64,000 nucleotides of DNA. Source: Promethearchaeota archaeon. GTDB lineage: Archaea; Asgardarchaeota; Lokiarchaeia; Sigyniarchaeales; SOKP01. The notes below the pieces were generated by a model, which did not search any database, had not been told where the DNA came from, and saw nothing but the letters and a program-made list of their open reading frames with translations. Position 1 is the first letter of the stretch. Each line of letters begins with the position of its first letter. The stretch is from positions 124,316-188,315 of the forward strand of contig JAHPZI010000022.1 in assembly GCA_019058295.1 (NCBI GenBank). Direction: 5' to 3'. A program made the position numbers and the translations under genes. Shown here piece after piece: positions 19,505 through 29,463 of the stretch.

Positions 19505-20593
19505 ATGATTGAATCAGAAGATCATAAAGAGAATTTGATAAAATTTACCGAAAAATATCGCAACATCCCGCAATCGTTCCCCCAAGACAAGAACGGAAAA
19601 CCAACTGAGAAATATCTGGAGTATCTCAGCTTGATTTACGATGCCGAAGCAATAAAAATTGTCCTTGAACTGGATGTTCTTCCTGAAATGATCTCTATTT
19701 CAAAGCTTTCTAGAAAATTAGGGATAGAAAAAGAAGAACTTTTAAATAAATTGGAACCCCTTATTAAAAGGGGTTTTGTTTTTAAACTAGGACCTAGACT
19801 TGCACGCCCAACGCCATTATACTTATATGATTTGCCATTTGCCTTAGAATCAAATTATTTAAGAGAAGATGTTAAGGAATTTGCCAGATTAAGCCGTGAG
19901 TTCTTCGAAGAAGGATATTATAAAACGTGGGAAAACACTAAAGAAGGAATACCTTTAACGAGAGTTTTAACCGTAAGCGAAGAGGTTGAAGATCCTAGAG
20001 AAATCGTACCCTATGAAGAAGTGTATAAAATTATCGACCAACATTCTGTTTTCGCGGTGGTTGGATGTCCGTGTCGAAGGAGAAAAGAAATAGAAGGTAT
20101 TAGAAAGTGTAAAGATAAATATCCTATCCATAACTGCCTACAAATGGGGATTCACGCAGAGTATTTATTAAATGAAATAGGGGATCCGGACATTAAACGC
20201 ATCTCTAAAGAAGAAGCAAAGAAAATTACAAAAGAAGCTGCTGAAATAGGTCTCGTGCATACGACAGATAATCGTGTAGGAAACTTTAATATCATCTGCG
20301 CGTGCTGCGAATGCTGCTGTGGATTTTTATCAGGTTTGACAAGGTTTGACAATCCAAGAGCCATAGCGAAAGCCAATTATATATCTCACGTCGATAGCGA
20401 GAAGTGCGTGGGGTGTGAGACGTGCTTAACCCGATGTAAATTTGACGCAATTACAGTTGATGATGTTTCGCATATCAACATTGATAAATGCATGGGCTGT
20501 GGACTCTGTGCCGTGACGTGTCCTCAAGAAGCAATCACCATGAAAAGAATGGAACGAGAAACAATACAAGAGAAAGAATTTGGATTGCTTTAG
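19505..20593 (+). CDS. 4Fe-4S dicluster protein with N-terminal wHTH-like region
   Basis: 'CPCR', 'ICACCECCCG' and two CxxCxxCxxxC ferredoxin motifs. Confidence 0.88.
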   Translation: MIESEDHKENLIKFTEKYRNIPQSFPQDKNGKPTEKYLEYLSLIYDAEAIKIVLELDVLPEMISISKLSRKLGIEKEELLNKLEPLIKRGFVFKLGPRLARPTPLYLYDLPFALESNYLREDVKEFARLSREFFEEGYYKTWENTKEGIPLTRVLTVSEEVEDPREIVPYEEVYKIIDQHSVFAVVGCPCRRRKEIEGIRKCKDKYPIHNCLQMGIHAEYLLNEIGDPDIKRISKEEAKKITKEAAEIGLVHTTDNRVGNFNIICACCECCCGFLSGLTRFDNPRAIAKANYISHVDSEKCVGCETCLTRCKFDAITVDDVSHINIDKCMGCGLCAVTCPQEAITMKRMERETIQEKEFGLL

Positions 20594-20779
20594 CAAAATT
20601 GAAAGAAATAATGAATTTATAACAATAATAATTAATGTTCGTCCAAGTCCAAGTTCGAAATTTTTTTCAATTATTTATAATATATGATTTTATGCCTTAT
20701 ATAAAAGATCCTAGAATAAAGCATTAAACCATGAGAAAGGGAATAATCAAATTTAATTTTATTGTTTCTATGAAATAAA

Positions 20780-21592
20780 TTAAACGTTAGTAATGTTTTT
20801 TGGAAGCGGGAAAGCTTTTTTCCAATAATAGTTAAATACATCTGCGATCCATTTCGTCCCTTGTTCATGTTTAATTTTCCAGCCCTGCCTAAAGTCTGCT
20901 TTTCCTGATTTATTAAAAAAGACACATCCTAAATTAGTTAGCGGAAATAAAGCTATATTAACGGGAAAGGTTGGTAAATAGCGGAAATCATTTAATGAAA
21001 TAATATTATCATATTTGCTTATAAACTGCCATGGAGGAATTTTAACAGTTTCCAATCTCTTCAATGAAATTATAAATTTATAATCAAATTCATATTCCGA
21101 TGTTTTTACAGTAGAAGCAATTAAAGTCCCAATACTTGCATCAAAGTTTAAGTCGAATGATCCCATTAACTTTGCGTTGAACATAAGCTCTCTTTGCTGT
21201 TCGTCTTGAAAATTTTTAATAATTTCACCTAAAAATGAGGGTACTTCGATAACCTGAGTAGGTTCTAATTCTGGTATTCTAAAAATAAATTGAAACGGTA
21301 GATCGTGAAGCTCATAATTAGAAATAAAATCAAAAGAATAAGTAATTGCTTTAAGCGGTTCAAGGAGTTTTTTAATCGTTTTCCAAATAGGTTTAATAGA
21401 ATAAAATTTTTCTCCCTGGATAAGCTGAGTTTTTAATAACTTATCAAGATGATCTTTAATTGTAGGTGGTGGAGTATTCAATCTAGAAGCGATAGTTGAT
21501 AAACGCAATTCTTCTTCATGTTCATCAAGTAATTTAAGGATTTCCTGCCGCCTCTGAGAAGATAGCACCTTTAAAAATTCATAAAACTCCAT
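20780..21592 (-). CDS. ArsR-type wHTH transcription regulator with C-terminal effector domain
   Basis: 'LSSQRRQEILKLL...IASRLNTPPPTIKDHLDKL'; C-terminal 'WIADVFNYYW' (DUF1724-like). Confidence 0.8.
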   Translation of the reverse strand: MEFYEFLKVLSSQRRQEILKLLDEHEEELRLSTIASRLNTPPPTIKDHLDKLLKTQLIQGEKFYSIKPIWKTIKKLLEPLKAITYSFDFISNYELHDLPFQFIFRIPELEPTQVIEVPSFLGEIIKNFQDEQQRELMFNAKLMGSFDLNFDASIGTLIASTVKTSEYEFDYKFIISLKRLETVKIPPWQFISKYDNIISLNDFRYLPTFPVNIALFPLTNLGCVFFNKSGKADFRQGWKIKHEQGTKWIADVFNYYWKKAFPLPKNITNV

Positions 21593-21621
21593 ATAGTTAA
21601 TGTATTTGTATATGTTTATTT

Positions 21622-21645
21622 ATTTTTCGGAAAAACCCGAAAAAT
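21622..21645. promoter_or_regulatory. Candidate operator ATTTTTCGG-N6-CCGAAAAAT
   Basis: Perfect 9-bp inverted repeat between the regulator and its divergent operon. Confidence 0.6.
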
Positions 21646-21836
21646 TACGTAAAGCATTATTTTGTGCTAAAAGTCGAGATTTATAATGGATTATAAGAAA
21701 TAATGAATTTCTTATGATTTTTTAAGTAAAGCTTAAATATTAGATGTGATAATGTAAAAATAGCTAAAAAGTTTATGATAAAATCAAACTTAAAAAAATA
21801 ATTAATTAATAATAAAAATCCCTATTAGTGAATATA

Positions 21837-23249
21837 ATGAATATAAAAGAATTCAAAGTTGAAATGGAAAAGATTGTAGGTAAAAACAATGTTATCGAAG
21901 ATCAAGATCGGACTAAAGATTACTCACAAGACTCTCATTACCCTTTAGTAGAGGGAAGTATATCCCAAATTGTAATAATTCCTAATAACTTTGAGGAAGT
22001 TCAGCAAATAGTTAAAGTCAGTAATGAATATAAAATCCCACTTATTCCTAAAAGCTCTGAAGTAAGTCTTTATGGTGGAACTATAGCAAATAATGGTGGT
22101 GTAATACTTGACTTACGAAAATTAAATCAGATAAGAACCATTAATGAGACAAGTATGTATGCTGTTATTGAACCTGGAGTTACATTTAAACAGCTGCAGA
22201 AAGAGTTAGATAATTATAAGCTTAGAATCCTCCCTACGATTTTTTCTAGTTCCGACTCTATTATTTCTTCTTATTTAGCCCGTTATCCAACATATTCCAT
22301 GGCTAAATTTGAATATACAGAACTAGTTGCAAATCTTGAGATTGTCTTAGGGAATGGAGATCTCTTCAGAACTGGATCATGGGCTTCAGTCAAAAGTCCA
22401 CCTGTTTATCCATATGGATCTTCTTTAGATTGGTTTAGAATTTTTCATGGAGCGAGAGGTGGATTGGGAGTTATTACTAAAGCTTCAATAAGGATTAAAC
22501 CTAAACCTCTAATTCAAGAGATAGTATCAGTTCCGTTTTCTAATCATAAAGATTTTATTAATTTCGTGTATAAGGTTGAAAGAAAAGAAATTGGAACTGA
22601 ATGTATTCTATTAAACAAGGTAAATGCTTTAAATTATCTAGAGATTGAAGATAAAACTAAAGGATTCCCAAACTGGATATTTCTAATCTGTCTGGAAGGT
22701 CTTCAAAGGCTTCCTGAAGAGAAAATTGCTTATGAAAAAGAAGCTTTAAGTCAGTTAATTGTAGAACACAAAATAAAGGTAAAAATGGACGACTTAATTT
22801 ATAAATTGGAACAAACTATATTAAAAGAATTTAATGAGCCTCGAGTTATAAAGAAAAAAGCTTATGATCTACCTGTATATCTAACTTTAAATAAATTTCC
22901 AGATGTTTATTCAATAATTCAGAACGAATTAAGTCGATTTAACGGTAATAAAATCGAATTGGGAGTCTCTATTATCCCAGTTGAGCGAAATAGAACGGCT
23001 TATGTCGAATTTGATCTTTATACCGGACTTAACACTGAACAAGAAATAACTGAATTTAAAAAATTATTTAGTAATTTAGGGGAATTAGCTGTAAAAGCTG
23101 GAGCGATCATTGATATTCCTTATGGTCCTTTAAAGCAAGTAATTTATTCTAAACTTGGGAATTATTTAGCTTTAATTAATGAGGTCAAGGATATTTTTGA
23201 TCCAAATAATATAATGAATCCAGGAAAAATAGAAAAGGAGGTAATCTAA
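21837..23249 (+). CDS. FAD-binding oxidoreductase (VAO/PCMH/GlcD fold)
   Basis: 'GGVILDLRKLNQI', 'IEPGVT', 'GARGGLGVIT', 'FDPNNIMNPGK'. Confidence 0.88.
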   Translation: MNIKEFKVEMEKIVGKNNVIEDQDRTKDYSQDSHYPLVEGSISQIVIIPNNFEEVQQIVKVSNEYKIPLIPKSSEVSLYGGTIANNGGVILDLRKLNQIRTINETSMYAVIEPGVTFKQLQKELDNYKLRILPTIFSSSDSIISSYLARYPTYSMAKFEYTELVANLEIVLGNGDLFRTGSWASVKSPPVYPYGSSLDWFRIFHGARGGLGVITKASIRIKPKPLIQEIVSVPFSNHKDFINFVYKVERKEIGTECILLNKVNALNYLEIEDKTKGFPNWIFLICLEGLQRLPEEKIAYEKEALSQLIVEHKIKVKMDDLIYKLEQTILKEFNEPRVIKKKAYDLPVYLTLNKFPDVYSIIQNELSRFNGNKIELGVSIIPVERNRTAYVEFDLYTGLNTEQEITEFKKLFSNLGELAVKAGAIIDIPYGPLKQVIYSKLGNYLALINEVKDIFDPNNIMNPGKIEKEVI

Positions 23250-23250
23250 A

Positions 23251-24423
23251 ATGACTATTGACTTAGACGAGTATTATAAAATCATTCGTAACTGCAGTAA
23301 ATGTGCGATGTGTCGAAATATGTCGCCGTGGGATATGGGGAGCTTGGAATTTAAAGATATATGTCCAAGCGGGACAAGATTTCTCTTTGAAGCATACTTT
23401 GCTCCCGGAAAAATGGAAATAACCCGAGCATTATTAGACAATGATATTCAGTATTCGGAACGTTTAGAACATATAATTTTTGCGTGTCCCTTATGTGGAG
23501 GCTGTCAAGCACAATGCGATGAGGTAAATATAATTAAGCCCCTTGATGTATTACAAGAGTTAAGAATAAAATATGTTAAAGCAAAGGGTCCTTTAGAGGC
23601 TCATGCTAAATTCGCTGAAAGTTTAAAAGAGTTGCATAATCCTTATAATGAACCTCATGAAAATCGATTAAATTGGCTTCCTAAGAATATAACCTTCAAT
23701 GAAGATGCTAAAATTGCTTATTTTGTTGGATGTACCTCATCCTATAGAAGGGAAGAAATCGCAAAAGCTATGGTAAATGTTTTAGACTCATTAAAGGTTG
23801 AGTTCAATATCCTTCATCCTAGTGAGTGGTGTTGCGGAAGTCCATTATTTATGACAGGTCAAATTGATGCCGGAATTGAATTGATGAAACATAATTTAGA
23901 AGCGATAAAAGAAAAGGGGATTGAAACGCTAGTGTTTTCTTGTGCTGGATGTTATAAAACTTTTAAAGAGACGTATCCAAAGTATGTTGGAGATTTAAAA
24001 TTTAATGTCTATCATTTTACTGAGTTTATAGCAGATTATTTCAAAAAAAATGATATAAAACTTAAATCTTTCCCTAAAAGCATTACCTATCATGATCCTT
24101 GTCATTTAGGACGGCATTCTAAAGTTTATGAAGCACCTCGAGAAGTTTTAAAACAAATACCGGGAATAAAATTTATCGAAATGGAAAGAATTAAGGAAAA
24201 TGCGTGGTGCTGCGGGGCAGGAGCCGGAGTTTCATCGGCATATAAAGATTTTGCGTATTGGACCGCTACACAGAGACTAAAAGAAGCAGAATCTACTGGA
24301 GCAGATATTTTAACGACATCATGTCCTTTTTGTATTACAAATTTTCTTGAAACTTCTAAAATAAGTAAGAGTTCATTAGAGATTATTCCCCTAATTAAAA
24401 TCTTAGAGGAGGTAATTAAATAA
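23251..24423 (+). CDS. HdrD/GlcF-like Fe-S protein with two CCG domains
   Basis: CxxCxxC...CP clusters, 'YFVGC', 'WCCG', 'YHDPCHLGR', 'CCGAG', 'SCPFC'. Confidence 0.92.
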   Translation: MTIDLDEYYKIIRNCSKCAMCRNMSPWDMGSLEFKDICPSGTRFLFEAYFAPGKMEITRALLDNDIQYSERLEHIIFACPLCGGCQAQCDEVNIIKPLDVLQELRIKYVKAKGPLEAHAKFAESLKELHNPYNEPHENRLNWLPKNITFNEDAKIAYFVGCTSSYRREEIAKAMVNVLDSLKVEFNILHPSEWCCGSPLFMTGQIDAGIELMKHNLEAIKEKGIETLVFSCAGCYKTFKETYPKYVGDLKFNVYHFTEFIADYFKKNDIKLKSFPKSITYHDPCHLGRHSKVYEAPREVLKQIPGIKFIEMERIKENAWCCGAGAGVSSAYKDFAYWTATQRLKEAESTGADILTTSCPFCITNFLETSKISKSSLEIIPLIKILEEVIK

Positions 24424-25982
24424 TGATTGACTTGAGTTTATCTGATAAACATCTAGAAGTGTATTCTAAATTGGAACAAATCGTTGGAAAAGAATACATC
24501 TCTGACGATCCATCAATTCGTATAGTTCATTCACGTGATCAATCTCCTTTTGCTAATCTAAAACCTATACCTCCTGAATACGTAGTATTGCCTGAAAACA
24601 CAGAACAAATTCAAGAAATTATGAAGATCTCAAATGAATATAAAATTCCGGTGGTAATTCAAAATACAGGAGTGAATGCTAGTGGGGCTTGCGTCCCTGA
24701 AGAAACTGGATCAATCTTAATGCATCTCCGTCGCTTAAACCAAATTATTGAAATTGATGATCTTAATATGTCGGCAACAATTCAACCCTATGTTAGCTAC
24801 GCTGATTTGCAAGTAGAAACCATGAAAAAAGGACTTTGGCTCCCATCTCCAGCGGCCCCATCCACTGTTGGAGTAATTTCAAATATGCTCTTTTGTGGAA
24901 TGACATGGTGTATGGTTAAATACGGATATGAAAGGAGATCCATTATTTGCATGACATGGGTAACTCCTAAAGGTGAAATTATAAAAACTGGTTCATCTGC
25001 AGTAGGAAATGTCGGTAAATTCTGGTGGAATGGTCCAGGACCAGATCTTAAAGGAATTTTAACAGGAGCAATTGGTGAATTAGGGATTTGCACTGAAATG
25101 ACGGTTAAACTGTATCCATGGGTTGGAGGTTCGCAATTAAAACCAGGGGAATTGGCAGAGAATACAAAAATCCTAACAATTTCATTTAGGAAAGGAGAAA
25201 GAATGATAAAGGCGCTACAGGAATTAAGCCGAGCAAACATTGCAGTTGCTTTAACAAAAATGCCCTTAGTTTGGTCAATTATGGGCATTCCTAAATATCT
25301 TGAAACATCAAAAAAAATGTGGGAAAAAAAGGAGCAAATTGAACCTATTATGAACTATTTTGTCTTTGTTTGCATTCAAGGAATAACTTCTGAAAAACAA
25401 ATTGAATATTGTGAAAAAATAGTTAGACAAATTGCCAAAGAAACTAGAGGGATGGTTATTGATCCTGAAACTATGTCTCTACCTCTTGATCAATTTGATC
25501 CTGATTTTAAACCTGAGGAAAACCTATCAGAGTTTTTTAGAGCCAAGATTTCTCCCAGAATAATGAGATTTAAAGGAGGATTCATGCCCGCTTTCTTTCC
25601 TCAAGAACCTATCGAGAACGCACTTAAGAGTGCTGAATTAATGGAGAACACTTTAAAAGATTCTCCAATCTACCCCCAAGATCTTTTTAGTAGCTGTGTT
25701 GTACCGGTGGATATGGGACATTTTGGTTTGCATGAATTAGATATTTTTTATGATCAAAATTCCCCGGAAGAATTAAAGGCATGCCTTGATTTTGCTGTTA
25801 AAGTACAACGCCTTTCTCAATCAGAACAAGATACGTGGCCACCTCATAGCGAATGGAGATCGTACCATTGGGATGTTGTTAAGGATATTCCTGAATTTGC
25901 TATTCTAAAGTCAAAATCAGAAAAGATTAAAAATCTATTTGATCCCAATCGTATAATGAATCCGGGAAAATGGTTAAAGTAA
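24423..25982 (+). CDS. FAD-binding oxidoreductase (VAO/PCMH/GlcD fold), paralog of 21837
   Basis: Same fold motifs, 'GPGPDLKGI', 'FDPNRIMNPGK'; TAATG translational coupling. Confidence 0.88.
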   Translation: MIDLSLSDKHLEVYSKLEQIVGKEYISDDPSIRIVHSRDQSPFANLKPIPPEYVVLPENTEQIQEIMKISNEYKIPVVIQNTGVNASGACVPEETGSILMHLRRLNQIIEIDDLNMSATIQPYVSYADLQVETMKKGLWLPSPAAPSTVGVISNMLFCGMTWCMVKYGYERRSIICMTWVTPKGEIIKTGSSAVGNVGKFWWNGPGPDLKGILTGAIGELGICTEMTVKLYPWVGGSQLKPGELAENTKILTISFRKGERMIKALQELSRANIAVALTKMPLVWSIMGIPKYLETSKKMWEKKEQIEPIMNYFVFVCIQGITSEKQIEYCEKIVRQIAKETRGMVIDPETMSLPLDQFDPDFKPEENLSEFFRAKISPRIMRFKGGFMPAFFPQEPIENALKSAELMENTLKDSPIYPQDLFSSCVVPVDMGHFGLHELDIFYDQNSPEELKACLDFAVKVQRLSQSEQDTWPPHSEWRSYHWDVVKDIPEFAILKSKSEKIKNLFDPNRIMNPGKWLK

Positions 25983-26013
25983 ATCCATTATATTGCGCAA
26001 TAAAAACTAATTA

Positions 26014-28869
26014 TTAAAAAAACGCATCCATCTTTTTTATTCCTTTAATTTCTTCAAATGTAATACCTAACGCATCTAATACTTGTTCCAAAGCAGATTG
26101 TAATAGCTCACGATATTTTTTAGTATCTATATCTTGAAGTTTTGCTAATTCAAGTGCTTTAGCTCCGATAGTACCTTTGCTTTTTATAAAGGAAATTACT
26201 TCGCCTTTTTGATATTCTTTACCAGTCGCTTCTTTTAATTCTAGTGCTGCGCGGACATGTTGCGGCACTACTTTTGTATAGCCTGAAAGTTTTTTCTGTA
26301 TTGCGATGTTTATCGCATAATCCTCTAAGGTGAAAGTATCTGGTTTCCCAATTTTCTTTAAATTATCTCTAACTATTTCAATAATTTCATTTTTAGCCTT
26401 GGAAAACTCATTATCATTTGTAATATTCTTTAAGATCTCAATCATTTGGCCAAATATGGTTTTAATAAAATCAGGAGTATTTCTTTTTTTAGCGAGTAAT
26501 CCCTTGATATCTACATATTTAGTATCCTTATAGATACCTACATAATTTTTCTTTCTTTTAGAAAGCGCTAAAAATTGGTAGGTTTTTTCTTCCTCTAAAT
26601 CAAGATCAAGTTCTTTTTTACTCCAATCTGATATTTCCTTCATCTGATTCTTAGAAGGATTCAATAAGAAGACGCTATCAGTGTCCCCGTACAGGACTTT
26701 TACGCCGAGTTCTTCTGATTTTTTAATTGTCTGCTTTATTGAGTATTGTCCTATACCAGTTGTGCTTTCTGCTACGGGTAGGCAAAATAATGGGAAATTT
26801 TGTGAACCAAAAACTCCATACGAACCATTAATAAACACTTTTAAAGCTTGCTGAATTGTAGTGAAGTAGCTACGTCTTTCATCAGATAAACTTTTCTCAA
26901 CCGATTTTGGCTTGAAAAATTTCACCCGAATATCTCGGAAAAATCCAACAACATATGCAAATATACCCATTTTATGAGTACAAACATGATAGGGAATTCC
27001 TTTGATTAAATTTTCCGTACAATCAGTATGAGGGCATTGGACTGTTTCATAAGAAAGATTATATTCTTTTATAATTGAAGGGTAGAGTGATGCGAAATCC
27101 ATAACTACAACATCATAATGAATACCTGGAACAGGAGGTATAACATAAGCTCCTGCATACGCTTTTCCCTCAATTGTGGCTTTAGAATAACCGCCTTTTT
27201 TTATTTCAGATATTTCTGAACGACGAGGGATTAAATAATTGTTTTGTCGATGTTCAAAATAGAAAATATTTTGTATCCATGCAGAGATTTGGTGCCTAAT
27301 CATATCATGAATGGGCATTTTTGTCATTCTACATAGCAAAATTATAAGATTCCAGACAAGGGAATTATTAAATTTTGTTAATTCGAGCGTTAATATAGAA
27401 TCTTTTAAATTGTACCATGCTAAAATGCCATATCTCATATCATGAATTTCTTCTTCGTGTTTATATTTACCTTCTCCGAGTAATGCCGTGCTGATTGCTT
27501 CTAATGAACTACTCTCATATGCTCCTCCAAAGGCATAACCTGATATACTTCTATTGAAAAATAAGTTGAATACATCAATATGAATTCCTTTTCTTAAATC
27601 ACATTCTGCTCTTGAGAGAAATCCATATCCTCTTTTAAAAACAATAGGATTCAGATCTCTGTCTATTTTTAATTTATTTGCTCGATGAAATAAGTAATTT
27701 AAGTCAAAATTATCTCCATTAAAAGTAATGATAATAGGATATTCCCACATTAATCTAAATACTTCAGTTAATAATTCCTTCTCGCTTTTAAAAAATGTTA
27801 TTTTAGCTTCTTTAGGAAATTTTTCATGAAGTTCTATGTAAGTAAATCCCGCTCGTTCCAATACATAAACTTGATGTAATCCATCAGTAGCGACAAAAGA
27901 AACACTGATAACTTCTTGCTTCGCCATAACTGGATCAGGTATTTTATAATCCTTTGGACCTATACTTACCTCAATATCAAGAGCCATCCGCTTAATATCA
28001 GGGATAGGAGTTAGAAAGATATTCAAATATTTTTTTGCAAATTTTTGCATTTCCGGTTCTTCTTCTTTAAACAAATTTATTAACTCATTAGCAATCCTCT
28101 CTGATTCAGTTTTATCTTCTCTAAATTCTACTTTTTCAATTTTTCCATTTTTGATACTATAAATTAATCCCGGAATTAAACCAGTATCATAAATATAATT
28201 TAAATGATATCTAATATCTGCTTCCCATGCTCCTCCTAGAATTCCTCGAATATTCTTTCCAGATCCTCCAATGTCGAGAGGAGTCTTTCCGTATATCTTG
28301 GTCATTGGAATTTCTTTGTCAGTTAATAATTCAAACTTTTTAACGTCTTCAATTCTTACGAATCCATCATAATTAGTTAATTCGATATTTGATTCTAAAC
28401 TGGTTTTCGACTCCTTACTTAAGCAATAAGGCTCATGATTAGTAGTATCAATCCAAATTTTAATATCGTCAGTTTCTAAATCGTAAAATTTACAGTATGC
28501 TTTATTTTGTCCACCATCATAATCAACATCTAATAAAAGACCTTTTTCTAGATCCTGAACAATTTCACCTTTTTCTATTAAATATCTGAGATATCGTTGA
28601 GCATAAGATTCTCCCTTCATCTGTTTTATTTCAAAATTATCTTCCTTTAAACCAAAGGGAATATCATTACGTTTAAAATATAATTCATCAGGAATTTCTC
28701 CAGGAGCTTTAGGAGCTGTTTTAGGTTTTTCAGGCTTTTCTGCTTTTTTCTTAGTGGGTTTTTTTTTCGCAGGTTTCTTTTTTGCCACTGATTTCTTAGA
28801 TCTTGACGTATCCATGAAAGAAGTGAGAGACTTCTGCTGTTTATCTTCTACTCTTTTCTTTTTTGCCAA
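26014..28869 (-). CDS. polB1: Family B DNA polymerase, PolB1-type
   Basis: ExoI 'LDIE', ExoII 'FNGDNFD', ExoIII 'YNLKDS'; 'DFASLYPSII', 'KVFINGSYGV', 'YGDTDS', 'KKNY'; C-terminal 'KMDAFF'. Confidence 0.93.
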   Translation of the reverse strand: MAKKKRVEDKQQKSLTSFMDTSRSKKSVAKKKPAKKKPTKKKAEKPEKPKTAPKAPGEIPDELYFKRNDIPFGLKEDNFEIKQMKGESYAQRYLRYLIEKGEIVQDLEKGLLLDVDYDGGQNKAYCKFYDLETDDIKIWIDTTNHEPYCLSKESKTSLESNIELTNYDGFVRIEDVKKFELLTDKEIPMTKIYGKTPLDIGGSGKNIRGILGGAWEADIRYHLNYIYDTGLIPGLIYSIKNGKIEKVEFREDKTESERIANELINLFKEEEPEMQKFAKKYLNIFLTPIPDIKRMALDIEVSIGPKDYKIPDPVMAKQEVISVSFVATDGLHQVYVLERAGFTYIELHEKFPKEAKITFFKSEKELLTEVFRLMWEYPIIITFNGDNFDLNYLFHRANKLKIDRDLNPIVFKRGYGFLSRAECDLRKGIHIDVFNLFFNRSISGYAFGGAYESSSLEAISTALLGEGKYKHEEEIHDMRYGILAWYNLKDSILTLELTKFNNSLVWNLIILLCRMTKMPIHDMIRHQISAWIQNIFYFEHRQNNYLIPRRSEISEIKKGGYSKATIEGKAYAGAYVIPPVPGIHYDVVVMDFASLYPSIIKEYNLSYETVQCPHTDCTENLIKGIPYHVCTHKMGIFAYVVGFFRDIRVKFFKPKSVEKSLSDERRSYFTTIQQALKVFINGSYGVFGSQNFPLFCLPVAESTTGIGQYSIKQTIKKSEELGVKVLYGDTDSVFLLNPSKNQMKEISDWSKKELDLDLEEEKTYQFLALSKRKKNYVGIYKDTKYVDIKGLLAKKRNTPDFIKTIFGQMIEILKNITNDNEFSKAKNEIIEIVRDNLKKIGKPDTFTLEDYAINIAIQKKLSGYTKVVPQHVRAALELKEATGKEYQKGEVISFIKSKGTIGAKALELAKLQDIDTKKYRELLQSALEQVLDALGITFEEIKGIKKMDAFF

Positions 28870-29058
28870 ATAAACACCAATATCAGATGACTTTTTTATT
28901 TCTATATATAATTATTATAGTATTTATTAAAATTTCAACTATTTCTACCTTAATATTGAAATATCTAGTACATTTTTTTTTGTTTTTAACAGATATTAAA
29001 TCAAAACGAGAATATAAAAAAAAAATATTATTTTTTTTGGTTTCGAGAACTAATTGTA

Positions 29059-29382
29059 CTACCAAACAGCTGAAAATCCCCATGCCATAGCACCTAAAAG
29101 AAATAACAAACATATGGCACTAAAAACGGTTCCTAAAATTCCAAATGTTTTATTATCTTCAGCAGTAGCAATTCCAACAATTCCTAGAATTAGAGCTATG
29201 AAACAAAAGACAAGTAAAACAATTCCAAAAGTCGCTGCTTGGGCAACTTGAGCAGTAGCTACAGTCCCAGCAAATGCAGCAGATGCTATAGCTCGCCATA
29301 TCATTACTGGTAAAATTATAAAAGTTAAGACACAAAGAACAAGTGATAAAACGAAAGAAGCAATTCCAACTCCATTTCCCAT
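29059..29382 (-). CDS. Small membrane protein (DUF4190-like)
   Basis: 'GIASFVLS', 'ALILGIVGI'; three TM segments. Confidence 0.65.
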   Translation of the reverse strand: MGNGVGIASFVLSLVLCVLTFIILPVMIWRAIASAAFAGTVATAQVAQAATFGIVLLVFCFIALILGIVGIATAEDNKTFGILGTVFSAICLLFLLGAMAWGFSAVW

Positions 29383-29463
29383 ATAATTTCACTCTCTTTT
29401 TTGTTTAATTTTTTTATTGGATGTAATTTTTATTTACACAAAATTGTATTTAAACTTTTTTAC

